Shown: positions 31,576-43,367 of the stretch, piece after piece
How positions within the stretch are numbered: position 1 is the first letter of the stretch
How the letters are laid out: each line of letters opens with the position of its first letter
Assembly: GCA_046563655.1 (NCBI GenBank)
Contig: CM102286.1
Coordinates: 13,454,001-13,518,000 of the forward strand
DNA: 64,000 nucleotides
Source: Yuukianura sp. NJ FZ-2021
Taxonomy: Eukaryota
Direction: 5' to 3'
Notes under the pieces: generated by a model
The model's database searches: none
Told to the model about the DNA's origin: nothing
Seen by the model: the letters and a program-made list of their open reading frames with translations, nothing else
Program-made: the position numbers and the translations under genes

Positions 31576-33027
31576 ATGATGTCCGTACAGTTGTACAACG
31601 ACATAATGAAAACTATAAAGGCGCAAGTAAAAGTTCGAGAGTGCCAGTCAGCCCTTGAAGAAAAGTATCCAACGTAAGAACCTTCACGTTGGCCTCTTTT
31701 TCATTATAAATATTTCTTGGAAAAGTTTGCCTTGTTAATATTATTCCGAATTTCAGGGTATCTCCGTTAACCCTAGGAAGTATTCTAAACAACCATGTTC
31801 AGAAGAAGATGAAGGTCTCATATTCAAAACACACAACTCAAGAGAAGGTGGCTGAGTACTACGACAGGTTAGTTACGCTAAAACTAATGCAGTACAAAAA
31901 GGAGTAGTTCTTTATCATTATAAACACGTCGTGTTTTACAGGTTCTTGAAATCTGTAGGTTCAAATGAAGGTCCCGGAATTTTTCTGAGGTTAGCTGATG
32001 AGAATTCCATTTCTCCGGTGCTCATGGCAAGAGTCATTTTGGAAGGTTACATCAGAGACTGTCAAGCGAAGGAGATGCAAGAATATGCAAAGGAGAGACG
32101 AAGAAGTACTAACGGTGATTGTGACTCAACGCCTGGTTACCTTTCGCCTACTCAAAATCAGGCCGTGATGAGATCTGAAATTAATCGATTACTTCGCGAT
32201 TCTTCCCAAATTCCAGATCGAGATTTGGCATACGAAGTTTACTTGGTACACTTCGCCTTAACAGTTTAACTTTTTGTGTTTCTCATACCATGTTTGTTTT
32301 AGTGTACAGTTCATGATGACCAATACGGACCAATGTCGGATGTGATCAAGCAGTAAGCTTTCAGATTCAATTCTGTTTGATGTAAACTCCTAATTTGTTT
32401 TCAATTTAGGACAATTGGCCAAGAGTATGAACAGATTTTGAAGTACAAGTTGACTGACTTGGGAGTATCGTATATTGACGAAGGCATTTTGAGACAAGAG
32501 GGGTACGACAAAACGCCTGATTTCAAATTGGAAATTCCTATAGGTAATTGACGTCAATAGTCACAAGAACTTTATCATAACTACACTGCGAAACCCTTCA
32601 TTTTTAAAAAAATACTTGGCAGCTATTGGAGATCGGGTGATCAACTGGATTGAAAGCAAAGCTTTGTTTGGTGATGAGGAGACGCACCAAACATATCTCG
32701 ATGACCAGCTGATGAGCTACTGGAATAGGTTAAAAAATAACTTTTTAAATAACTATGACACCACAAAACACTCCACCTTGACCTTCAAAAGTTAACTCGA
32801 ATGATGTTTTTTTTAGATTTGGACCGGGCCTTGTAATTTACTGGTTTGGATACTGTGAAACATTGGAGTCCATTACAATTCCCAGCATTCTCATCAGCGA
32901 CCATCTTCCCGCCAATATTATTCAAATTGATCCTGATGCTGGCGCTGATTCTCTTACCTCCGATAACCCGACTTGCAGCTCGGCATCTCCTAATGTCATC
33001 ACTTCATCTCCTGAGTCCAATCTTTAA
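31576..33027 (+). CDS. CDIN1: CDAN1-interacting nuclease 1 (C15orf41, TPD / PD-(D/E)XK domain)
   Basis: [79 protein letters not shown] 33025-33027. Confidence 0.93.
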
Positions 33028-33514
33028 AACGTTTTGTATTTTGTCTCAAATGTAACACTATTTTTGTTAAAGTAAACAAACGACCTTGATCAGGTATCGG
33101 TCAACCCCCAATGAGGTCATCTTTGTCAAACAGAAGCTTCCAGTTTTTCGATTTTTTTTTCTCGCAACAACGGAAAACCCGCGTTTTTTAGCGTCACATT
33201 TTATCACAAAAATTTGGAGTCGTTTGTTTGCTTTGTCTTGCTTAATCGTGTCACACGTATGACATTAATTACTCCTAAAAGCACACTGATGCGTTTTTAA
33301 TTTTGATCTTATCAAAAATTCAGGATTTTGAATGTCAAGATCATGGATTTGCAATCGGACGTTAATTTTTTCAAAAATGGAGTGTTTTTTGAAGTGGGGA
33401 TTAAAATTTGTATAAATGTTGGTTAATTACATCAAACTTGAACATTCCTTCGTCGATATTCGAACCTTCAGGTTGTTGCTAGTTGATTAACTTCAAATTG
33501 CATCAATTAAGACC

Positions 33515-35073
33515 ATGGTTTCCCAAAAATTCATCGGAGTTGCTCTGCTACTGTCCGTTTTAGCGGGTTTTGTCTCCGCTAAATCTTTTGGGCAAGACAA
33601 AGAATTGTTTTGGTTTCCTAAAGATGATGGAACAGGTTTTGTTCCAGCGTTTTTAAACAGCGCTGCCAGAGGCCTCGTTGCACCGCTGGCCGACCCTGAA
33701 GATGTCAACTTTCTTTTACACACACAGTATGTAACAAAAATTCAAATTTTTGAAATTTTTTCCTTAGGTCATCTCAAATTTTCATTTTTTTTTTTTGAAA
33801 ATTTTTAGCCAAAATCCAGACGTCTGGGATGAAATTACGACCACTGTAGAAAGTATTGCCAATTCTCACTGGGATGTCAACGCTCCTGTCAAGTTCTACG
33901 CTCACGGTTTCGGAAGCGGTCCAGACGAAGGCTCCGGTGAACACATGAAGCAAGGTGTGGAAAATTTCAAAAAAGTTAAAATTTAAAATTTTAAGTTTCA
34001 GAAATTTTAAAACGTTTTTGGTTTGACAGGATACATTGACAATGGATACCCAGAAAACGTCAACTTGGTGCTGGTTGACTGGAAGGAATTAGCGAGGGCA
34101 CCATTTTATGATGCTGCTGCTGAGAACACTGAACTTGTTGGTCAATTGATTGCGAACTTTGTTGACTTTTTGGTCAAGAACCAATTGACGACGCTATCCA
34201 AAGTGCATTTGGCTGGACACAGTTTGGGTGCTCATGCAGTTGGATTTGCAGGACGATTCTACCGCGAAATGAATCCAGGAAGTTCCATCGCAAGGATTTC
34301 TGGGTAAGCTAAATTTGAAGTTAACAAAAATTTCAAAAAATTGAAATTGAAAAAGTGAAAGTTTCGAAATTTTATTTTATTGGAATTTTTGATGTTGAAT
34401 AGCTTCGATCCGGCTCTACCCTGGTTCGGAATGGTTGACGACTCAGAGAGACTTGACTCAACTGATGCCGGTATTTTTTCAAAAAAAAAATTGACATTTT
34501 GGGTGTGACTTTTCCAAACTTTTTTTAAATTTTTCTAATGATTTTTTTTTAGATATGGTCGACGTAATTCATACTGCTAGTGGAAAACCATGGGAAGGCG
34601 AATTGGCTTTCATGGCTCCGCGAGGAACAGTCGATTTTTACCCAAACAAAGGCCGCGTAAGTCAAAATTTCCAAATTTTTCAGAAAACCAAAAAAAAAAA
34701 AACACTAATCTTTGAAAAATAATAATCGAATTTTGTAAATTTTAGGATCAGCCAGGCTGCGGAGGACTGGGAGACATCATGGGCGCATGCTCTCACAGTA
34801 CGTTTTTTTTTTAAATTCTTGTTCAAAATAAGTTTCAAAAACTTTAACTTTTGTTTGTGTTTTTTAGGTCGATGCTACCAGTACTTTTCCGAATCAATTC
34901 AACACGATAATTTCGACGCATGTAAATGCAATGATGATGCTTGGGAAGATCATGATGACTTTGCATCTTGTGACTGCTCTAAAGGTCATGCCAAAATGGG
35001 AGAATGGACAACGGCAAGTGCAAGGGGAATTTACTACTTGCAGACAAATTCAGAATCGCTATTTGCTATATAA
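33515..35073 (+). CDS. Secreted pancreatic-lipase-family / phospholipase A1-like enzyme (short lid, no PLAT domain)
   Basis: Signal peptide; HGF oxyanion motif; VDW; GHSLGAH; RISGFDPA; VDVIHT; DFYPN; CSH. Confidence 0.92.
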
Positions 35074-35697
35074 CAAAAACTTACCGAAATTTTATTTTTT
35101 GAATATTTTTTTAAATGAACAACGCAATAAATCTCTATACTATTTGTTTAGTTTGTTGTAACAACTACGTGTCAGTCGAATTCAATTTGAGTGCTAAGCA
35201 CTTGGATGTTGATAAAAGCTTAACAGTAGACCACTTGCATGACATCACAAACCTATAACTAAATTAGTCTCCTAATCTAATAAACTATTTTTATAATTTC
35301 AGTGAGTGAGCACTTTCCAGTGCTATTAGAATAACTTTGCATTTCGTGAGCGTCATGTTGTTGAACCAGAATTTTTTTCTGGTTTGCAGAATTACGAAAA
35401 AAAAAAGTCATGAAAGCTTCTGTTTGCAATTTCCAATTTCCCATTCCCCAGAAGTTAATCTCTGTCAAATCACACACAAAGGACACAAAATTTATTCTGC
35501 AACATTTGCGTCATGATCGATGTAAAGTACTTAATAGACGCAACCTTAGCCTCATCCGCAGTATAACTTTTGCCGGAAAAAGTTAAACTTAACATATTTT
35601 AACGAAAACCCACCTCAAAAATTAACCAACTCAACCAACATTAGCAAAATTTTGACTTTTAGCAAAGATTTGCCAAAACTTAATTTATCTTTAAACC

Positions 35698-36504
35698 ATG
35701 TTGTTGCTTATACCAGCGATTGTTTCAACTCTGCTGACTTTTAGTTCTGGACAAACCTACCTCAGAGGTGACACATCCAAGGGCACTTACGAGTTGATTG
35801 ACTCTGTCCTGGGTAAGGGGACTGTCGAAGATCCAGATTGTTCCCACGAGTCTTTTGGTCGTCACATTACTCAACAAGTGGATTCTATTTTAAAACGGGC
35901 AGTATTTCTATTTCACATTCATGTTCAACCGGACAACGATCGCTGCAACACGTTCGATCGTCAACGAAACGAAATCAAAACGTATGATCCCTCTCCAGAA
36001 GAGTTGAAAGGACGCCGTGGAGAAACCGTGTCATTCTCATGGAACTTCTGGCTTGACGCTGCCTTTCAACCATCCAAGGCCTTTACACATATTCATCAAA
36101 TCAAAGACGATGGTGGGGACATTGGCAGTCCAATCATGACAATTACTCCGAGATACAATTCCAATGGAAACAAACTGGAACTGATCCATGTCGATTCATC
36201 GGGGACGAAAACTGTTGTCAAGGTGACCGAGCTCAAGCCGTTTCTGGGCCAGTGGATTCATGTCAAGGAGTCACTGACTTATGAGACCAAAGGGAAGTAT
36301 TCCGTAGTCTTTTCGAATTTGCAAACTGGGAAGGTTTTATGGGAGTACAGTAATACTAACATAGATCTCTGGAGAACTGGCGCTACTTTTGTAAGGCCGA
36401 AATGGGGAATCTACAGAGGACTGGACGACTCCAGTAGATTGAGGGACGAAATCGTAAAATTTGATACGTTTTGTTTGGGAAAAGGAAGTAAAATTTGTAA
36501 TTAA
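35698..36504 (+). CDS. Intronless secreted bacterial-type polysaccharide-lyase-like protein (jelly-roll; heparin lyase I / Polysacc_lyase-like), copy 1
   Basis: 268-aa single-exon ORF with signal peptide; motifs DRQRNEIKTY, FTHIHQIK and RPKWGIYR resemble the RxE, QI(H/K) and KxGIY strands of jelly-roll lyases. Confidence 0.75.
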   Translation: MLLLIPAIVSTLLTFSSGQTYLRGDTSKGTYELIDSVLGKGTVEDPDCSHESFGRHITQQVDSILKRAVFLFHIHVQPDNDRCNTFDRQRNEIKTYDPSPEELKGRRGETVSFSWNFWLDAAFQPSKAFTHIHQIKDDGGDIGSPIMTITPRYNSNGNKLELIHVDSSGTKTVVKVTELKPFLGQWIHVKESLTYETKGKYSVVFSNLQTGKVLWEYSNTNIDLWRTGATFVRPKWGIYRGLDDSSRLRDEIVKFDTFCLGKGSKICN

Positions 36505-37312
36505 GTTCTTGTTTGTGAAAAGTTGAAATAAAACTCACATTCGACCTATAGAAATAAAATATTCAACGACCCTCCCAGTGTTTTTGTAATTTCAAAAGAA
36601 GCATTTTGAAAAAGAGAGCCACACACTGAATTTTTTAAAATTAAAAACGCAATAAACCTCTTTAGTTTACTGTGTAAGTGTAAGTGTCAAGTGGTTTCAG
36701 TTGAGTGTTTAACACTTGGAAGTTGATAAAAAGCTTAACATTACTATTGTTAACTACAGTGCTTAACAGTTGCATGACATCACATTAAACTTTGGGATTA
36801 AATTAAACTCGTAATCTAATTAAATATTTTCATAATTTGAGTGCACGCGTTCGCACTTACTAAAGAGTGGCATTGGAATAACTTTGTATTTTATAAAAAG
36901 AAACATAAATGATGACCTAAAAATTTGAAATTTCGAAGAATCAAAATGAGAGTGGAAAAGGAGTCATGCATGCGGAAGCGTAAACAACAAACTAACCACT
37001 TCCAGGAAATTTTCATATTTTGCAATTCGCAATTTCCCTAGAAGATAATCTCTTTGTCAAACCACAAAAAAGACACAAAATTAATTCTGCAGCATTTACC
37101 GCATGTTTAACCATATTAAACGCATGAAACTTTAGCGTCCTCAGCAGTATACAACTTGCACAGAAAAAAACTGCAATAAAACTTCGAAAGCTTAGTCGAA
37201 TTTAACAAAAGTTTTGCAACACCTAGCATAGGCTAAAGATTACCAAAAGCCAACTCAAGGAATTAAGCAAAACTTAAAAAATTTACACAAAACTAACTAA
37301 AAACCAGTAGTA

Positions 37313-38122
37313 ATGTTCTGTTTTGCTGTAACAATAATTGTGACAGCTCTGCTAACTTTTAGTTCTGGACAAACATACCTCAGAGCAGACACTTCCAAGG
37401 ACACTTACGAATTAATTGACTCTGTCCTGGGTAAAGGCACAGTTGAAGATCCAGATTGTTCACACAAAGCCTTTGGACGTCACATTACTCAACAAGTCGA
37501 TCCTATTTTAAACCGTGCTGTATTTCTATTTCACATTCATGTCAAACCGGACAACGATCGCTGTTCAAAATTTGATCGTCAGCGCAACGAAATCAAAACG
37601 TATGGTCCATCTTCAGAAAATTTGAAAGGTTACCGTGGAGAAACAGTGTCACTGTCATGGAACTTCTGGCTTGACGCTGACTTTCAACCATCCAAAGCAT
37701 TTTCACATATTCATCAAATCAAAGACTACGGTGGAAGCATTGGCAGTCCAATCATGTCATTCGGTCCAAGATTTAAAGCCAAAGGCAACATACTGGAACT
37801 GATTCATGTCGACTCCAAGGGGAAGAAAACTGTTGTCAAGGTGACCGAGCTCAAACCGTTTCTGGGTCATTGGATCCATGTCAAGGAGTCATTGACCTAT
37901 GACACCAAAGGGAAGTATTCCGTAGTTTTTTCGAATTTGCAAACTACGAAAGTCTTGTTGGAGTACAGAAATACAAACATTGACCTCTGGAGAACTGGCG
38001 CTACTTTTGTAAGGCCGAAGTGGGGAATTTACAGAGGACTGAACGATTCAAGTAGATTGAGAGATGAAATTGTAAAATTCGATACTTTTTGTTTGGGAAA
38101 GGGAAGTAAAATTTGTAATTAA
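37313..38122 (+). CDS. Intronless secreted bacterial-type polysaccharide-lyase-like protein, copy 2
   Basis: 269-aa single-exon paralog of 35698-36504 with the same motifs and the identical C-terminus FDTFCLGKGSKICN. Confidence 0.75.
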   Translation: MFCFAVTIIVTALLTFSSGQTYLRADTSKDTYELIDSVLGKGTVEDPDCSHKAFGRHITQQVDPILNRAVFLFHIHVKPDNDRCSKFDRQRNEIKTYGPSSENLKGYRGETVSLSWNFWLDADFQPSKAFSHIHQIKDYGGSIGSPIMSFGPRFKAKGNILELIHVDSKGKKTVVKVTELKPFLGHWIHVKESLTYDTKGKYSVVFSNLQTTKVLLEYRNTNIDLWRTGATFVRPKWGIYRGLNDSSRLRDEIVKFDTFCLGKGSKICN

Positions 38123-38473
38123 AATTTAAAAAAAAAGTTCTTTTTTTTTTTGAAAGCTTGAAATTAAATTTCATTTGACCTACAGAAGGAAAATATCCAT
38201 CGACGATCCCTGCGTTTTGAATAAAGAAAGGAGATTTTTAGTGAAAGAGTCAAACAATGAATTTTTTTTCAAGTTTATGCCATTCTAATTTTGGAATTTT
38301 AGGAAACCTTATTTTGGGGGTTTAAAAAAGTTTTTCCAATTGTTTGGTTAGGTACTAAAATCTTGAACTTTCTGTACCTTGAACGCAGTTTTTAAAAGAG
38401 GTAGAGGTTTTTAGTTTTGGTTTTGTTTTGAAATCACTTTCGAATTTCGGTTTGCTTTTTTTGAAATTTTAAA

Positions 38474-40025
38474 ATGAAGGACTTGATTGGAAAAGTTTTT
38501 TTAGCGTTAACGTTGACAACATTTACAGAAAGCAAACGTCAGGCAGAGTATGGAAAAGATTTTATTATGTTTCCCAGTGGAGATGGATCGAAAAGAGTCG
38601 TTCCAGCATACTTGACTAAAAATTTTACAAATCGTGCCATGTTGTCGTTCACACCATCAAAGAAAGACATTCACTTCTATTTGTACACAGCGTAAGTTCA
38701 ATTCCTCAAAACATTTTAAGTAAAAAAAAATTATATGAAAATATTAATTAAAATATATTTTATAGTGATAATGTTCAATCGCCATTTGAACTTTTTGTGG
38801 ACAATTTGGAAGTTCTGGAGAATTCAAAATTCAAAAGAAACGAAGATCTTAAAATCCTCTGCCACGGATTTGACAGTTCCTACCTCAATGGATTTCCCCA
38901 GGATGTCAGAGCCAGTAAGTTCGCAATTCAAAAAACGAATTTTTTTTTTCAAAAATGTTGAAAAGTTTTTCAATTTTACTGTTTTTAAAACAGAGTATCT
39001 GAGCAGCTATGGACAAAAACCAGTGAACGTGATTGTCATCGACTGGAGTCGTTTAGCCTTGTCTCCATTTTATATTGAGGCGGTTGAGCATGTTCCATGG
39101 GTTGGAGAAGCACTGGGGAAATTAATCCAGTTTTTAGTTGAGGTCAAGTACATTACACTGGACAGAGTTCATTTGATTGGACACAGTCTTGGAGGTGCTT
39201 TGATTTATTTTAATAATGCACAAAAGTTTTTGAAATTTTCGGTTTGATTTTCTGCATTTTTCGTTCAATTCAAAGCTCACGTTGTCGCCGTAGCCGGGCG
39301 CAGCATCTACTTAAATCTGGACAGAAAACTTCCTCGTATCACAGGTAGACTAAAAAAATTTAAAAAAAAAAATTTTTTTTTTGTAAATTTGTTGTAAATT
39401 TTTAAATTTTTAGGTTTGGATCCTGCTTCTCCTCTTGTTGAAAACACGTCGCTGAGCATCGACTCCAAAGTTGCAAATTTTGTGGACATTATTCACACTG
39501 ATGGTGAATTTCTTGGAATTGCATTACCCCTTGGAACTGTCGACTTTTACCCCAATGGCGGTCTGGAACAAGCTGGATGTCATGCAGATCTTTTCGGTAA
39601 ATACTGTAAATTTTTTGAAATTTTCAAGTCAAAAGAGACTCTTTTTCATTGAAATTTTGTACTTTTTGTTGCCCCCGACGTTTAGGTGTATGTTCCCATT
39701 TTCGATCACATGATTATTATTTGGAAAGCATTGTTCCAGTAGGGACGACGAATTCAAAATTTGGCGCTTGTTTGTGTCGTAACTGTGCAGTTCGTGACAC
39801 ACTTTGCTACCAAGACAAGTTCCTTCTGGGCCAATGTCAATGTCAACCGAAAGCATTCATGGGTGAAGGCGCTCATCGATCGTAAGAAAATTGCAATCCA
39901 ATTCAAAAAAATAATGTTCAAAAATGAAAAAAAAATTGAAATTGTTTAAAAAATTTTTTCACTTTAGTTTACGTGGACTGTACTTCTTGAATACCAATCC
40001 GAAGTCACCATTTTCACTAACTTGA
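38474..40025 (+). CDS. Secreted pancreatic-lipase-family / phospholipase A1-like enzyme, second paralog
   Basis: Signal peptide; CHGF; IDWS; GHSLGAH (split by an intron); ITGLDPASP; FVDIIHT; DFYPNGG; CSHFRS; LRGLYFLNTN; TGA 40023-40025. Confidence 0.9.
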
Positions 40026-40261
40026 TAACCTTTAACCCAACGTCGACTAATTTTTATGAAACAAAATTTCAACACAATAATTTTTCAAAATCCAATGCAG
40101 ATTCTAAAACTTTAATGTTTTTATTGCAAAATCGATTCATGTTTTAAACTTTCCGTAAGAAATTTATTTAATTTTACTTTTTCTCAAAGAAATCGATAAA
40201 CACTGGAAAAAATTTGTTTTTACTTTTTGATTTTGATCGAAATTTAGTGTTTAAATTTTTT

Positions 40262-42193
40262 TTAAATTCCTAAAACTGCACCAGGGAGACTTTGTTCCAG
40301 TTGTCCATTTTTTACAACCTGCACTCCGTTGACCCAGACAGACACAATGCCCTTAGGGTATGACACTGGATCGTCGTACGTCGCAGTGTCAGTGACCACT
40401 GGAGTGAACATGACCAGGTCAGCAGCCATTCCAACCTTAATCACCCCTCGATCTGCCAGTCCAAATCGTTCAGCAGCCATTGACGTACACTTCTGCACGG
40501 CTTGTTCAATCGTCATCCACGGTGCAGTCGTATAAGTTAGTGCCATTTTGCCAAGAACTCTCGGGAAAGTGCCGTACATGCGCGGATGTGGTTTTCCCCC
40601 TGCGCGCGGAATGCTGTCACTCCCGACCATTTGAAACGACGACTGGAACACCATTTGCTGATCTTCAATACTTTGTTGAAACATGATCACATTTGACCTC
40701 CCTTCGTCCTTGAGCACCACGGTCATGAAAAAATCAAATTCAGTTTCGTTGCCTAGCAACTGCTGTCCTTCTGGAATCGTCAGTCCTTGGATCGGAAGTA
40801 AATCTGGATGAACAACAGAGTTGATTAGGATATTGTCCCACCCAATCAGAGCCACTTTCGATTCCCACCCAGGTTCAGAGCCACATTCAGTCAAGTATTT
40901 CAGTTCTTCGTAATATTCTGGATCAGTTTCAAGACGTTCCACAAATGCATCGAATCCTCCGGCCATGGCCGATGGCGGCAAAATTTGAAGAATTGTGGAT
41001 GAACCAGCCAGGTATGGATACATGTCCACTTTAATGTCCACTCCTTGGTCAATCGCTGCTTGAATTTTGGCAATCGCTTGAGGCATAATTTCTCCCCAAT
41101 AAGGAACTCCGGCTACTTGCAAGTGAGATAAAAGTCCACGAGCACCACTCATGCGCAGAACTTCAACGAATTCGTCAATACTCTGCAGCAAGTTGCCTTC
41201 ATAACTCCGGATGTGTGCAGAAATGACTCGGTTGTACTTGGCAACTGACGACGCAAGCGCAACCAGTTCGTCCTGCCCAGCATAAGCACTCGGTGGATAC
41301 ACAAGGCCTAAAGACAGTCCAAGCGCCCCTTGTTCCAGTTGCTGTTCAAGTATTTCCACCATTTTCAAAATTTCGGTTTCCGTTGCCAGGCGATTGTCTG
41401 GTCCAACAACGGCTAATCTGATTGGTCCATGGCCCACAAGTGAGCCAACATTAGGTCCAAGGCCGTTTCCCGCCAGAAATGATTTGTAATCGGTGAAATT
41501 TTCAAAAAACGAAGTTGGCTCAATTTCACCTAAAAGCAAGGTTGTTTAAATCGGAATTTTGTTTTCATTAACAGGTTGTGCCATAACTCCTTGTTTTAAT
41601 AAAATTGTTTGTTTTGATTTCTTGTCTGAAAAGGTTGACCTCGCGTGTTAAACAAACGGGATATTGGTGTAAATTGTAAAATTTGTTTTTTTCGAAACTT
41701 TTTGAAAAAAAATAAGGAGTGATGGTATAACCTGTTAGCGTATTTGTATAAATATGGTTATAGCAACCTTGCCTAAAAGTGTGGCTAAGTGCTCCTGAAT
41801 TTCTGGAAGGCTTCCGTTGGGGTAATTGGAGAATCCGCAATTTCCGGTGACCACGGTAGTTACTCCCTGCATAACTTTAGCAGGACTTTGGTGATTGATG
41901 ATGACGTCGACGTCGTCATGCGTGTGAGTATCGATGAATCCCGGAGCAAGGTAAGCTCCATGGGCATCTACAACTTGAGTTATATTTTGACACTCTGAAG
42001 ATGTCAACTGTTGACCTACGTATGTGATTTGACCTGCCTGGACACACACTGACCCTAAAAAAGACGGTGAACCTGTTCCGTCAACAATTTTGGCGTTTTG
42101 GATAACAAAATCTCCGGAGACAGGCTGGTTCATGGTGAAGATGTTAAGAAAGAAGAAAAGGATAGAGAAAAATACTGATCTTTTCCAGGCCAT
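40262..42193 (-). CDS. N-acyl-D-amino-acid deacylase (D-aminoacylase, amidohydrolase family), bacterial type; 2 exons (42193-41773, 41529-40262; 562 aa)
   Basis: IVDGTG; APGFIDTHTHDD; GVTTVVTGNCGFS; SAHIRS; LSHLQ; GSDS; KPHPRMYGTFPRVLG; RFGLADRGVIKVGMAADLV; VWVNG. Hydrophobic N-terminal extension. Confidence 0.9.
41529..41779. mobile_element. Non-autonomous DNA transposon (MITE, 8-bp TSD; hAT- or P-like) forming the intron of the D-aminoacylase gene
   Basis: TSD CCTAAAAG at 41529-41536 and 41772-41779; TIRs CAAGGTTG (41537-41544) and CAACCTTG (41764-41771); subterminal inverted repeat 41569-41597 vs 41709-41737 (25/29 identical). Confidence 0.85.
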
Positions 42194-42737
42194 TGTTTAC
42201 CTTGAACTTTTTTGTTTGAACAGCTTGATTAATGTTGTTTGAAAAAGTAATCGCAGAAAAACACTAGTATAACAGTGAGATTTAAGTTAGTTTTAGATTA
42301 AAGTTATCATGGAAGTGTAGCATAGTTTATGTACTTGCAGTACTGTCAACTATTGATTATCTCCTGTTGTCACAAATTTCTAATCAATTGTTAAAATTTC
42401 TTCAAAATTGAACTTCAATTCAATTACAATTCGGTCATGATTTTCCAAAAAAAAAATTTATAATAATTTCCACATTTAAGTTTTACTTTGACCAAGAGCA
42501 AAAGCTGATTTTTCTAAAATTCGAAAGTTTTTCGAACGAAATGCCACGTTATGCCATAAAGTTTTAAAATTTTGTTAAACTTTGCCCTATTTGCTAAAAT
42601 TGAGTATCAATTTTACCCACTTTTGGCGTTTTGTCGAAATAATTTTGTAACGTTTCAATAAATTCTTAAAATTGTATTTTTAATTGTTTGAGTCAATTTT
42701 TTGTTAATACAAATGAGTCATTGTAACTTTAGTTTTT

Positions 42738-43367
42738 TTAGTAAAAATAGAGAATAACTTGGAATGCCATGTAGAATTGGATGGCGTAGGCAGTGAACCA
42801 GGCTATAGCTCGTGCGGGTTGCGGAACAACGTAGATGGCGTACACGAAAGTGTGGGCAAGGCGGGCAAAACCGTAAACTTTGAACAGGAGACTGGCAAAT
42901 GCAACGGCTGGATTTGTCAGTATGTACAGAAGAGCAATGATCAGAAATGGAATGATGTTCTCAAGGTCGTTCAAATGAGCCCTGCAAATTTTGAATTTTC
43001 ACATTAAAAAAACACGTTTAAAAATACTGCGAATTATGAAATCTTATGTTGTACTAGTAACCTTCGGATTCGTTCGATGTCTGGATCTCCAAACAACACT
43101 TTGCCAGTGTTCCCCATTACAGGGACATCCTCTGGGCTTGTAACAACCTGTTGAATGCGAATAATACAAGTTGTATGGTATAATTTGCTAACGAATCGAA
43201 TTTCAAATTTAAAATGTGCAACTGAAATTTGTCATATTTTTGGTTACCTTTTTCTGAATTCGAATTCTGGCTGTCAAAACTGACATGCCCATGACTTTAG
43301 CAATCAGAATTCCAGCCCAGAAGGCGTAGGTACGGAACAGTTCGTTGTCTACTTCGAACATCGTCAT
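42738..43367 (-). CDS. Mgst1: Microsomal glutathione S-transferase 1 (MAPEG), copy A
   Basis: YAFWAGILIAKVMGMSVLTARIR; SPED; DPDIERIRRAHLNDLENIIPF; ARLAHTFVYA; VPQPARA; 3 exons. Confidence 0.93.

Larger units (their letters stand above)
35100..38250 (+). repeat. Tandem segmental duplication (~1.5-1.6-kb unit) carrying the lyase gene and its promoter
   Basis: Flanks are homologous as well as the ORFs: cgcaataaa...cacttgga(t/a)gttgataaaa...ttgcatgacatcaca at ~35123-35250 and ~36648-36785; aatctct..tcaaa..cacaaaatt at ~35457 and ~37047; gaccta(t/c)agaa downstream of both stops. Boundaries approximate. Confidence 0.85.

Noticed and set aside
35698..42193. Bacterial contamination or chimeric assembly as the explanation for the bacterial-type genes
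   Set aside because: They interleave with intron-containing lipases, have host-like AT-rich flanks and signal peptides, and one has a spliceosomal-type intron. Long-read confirmation is still advisable.
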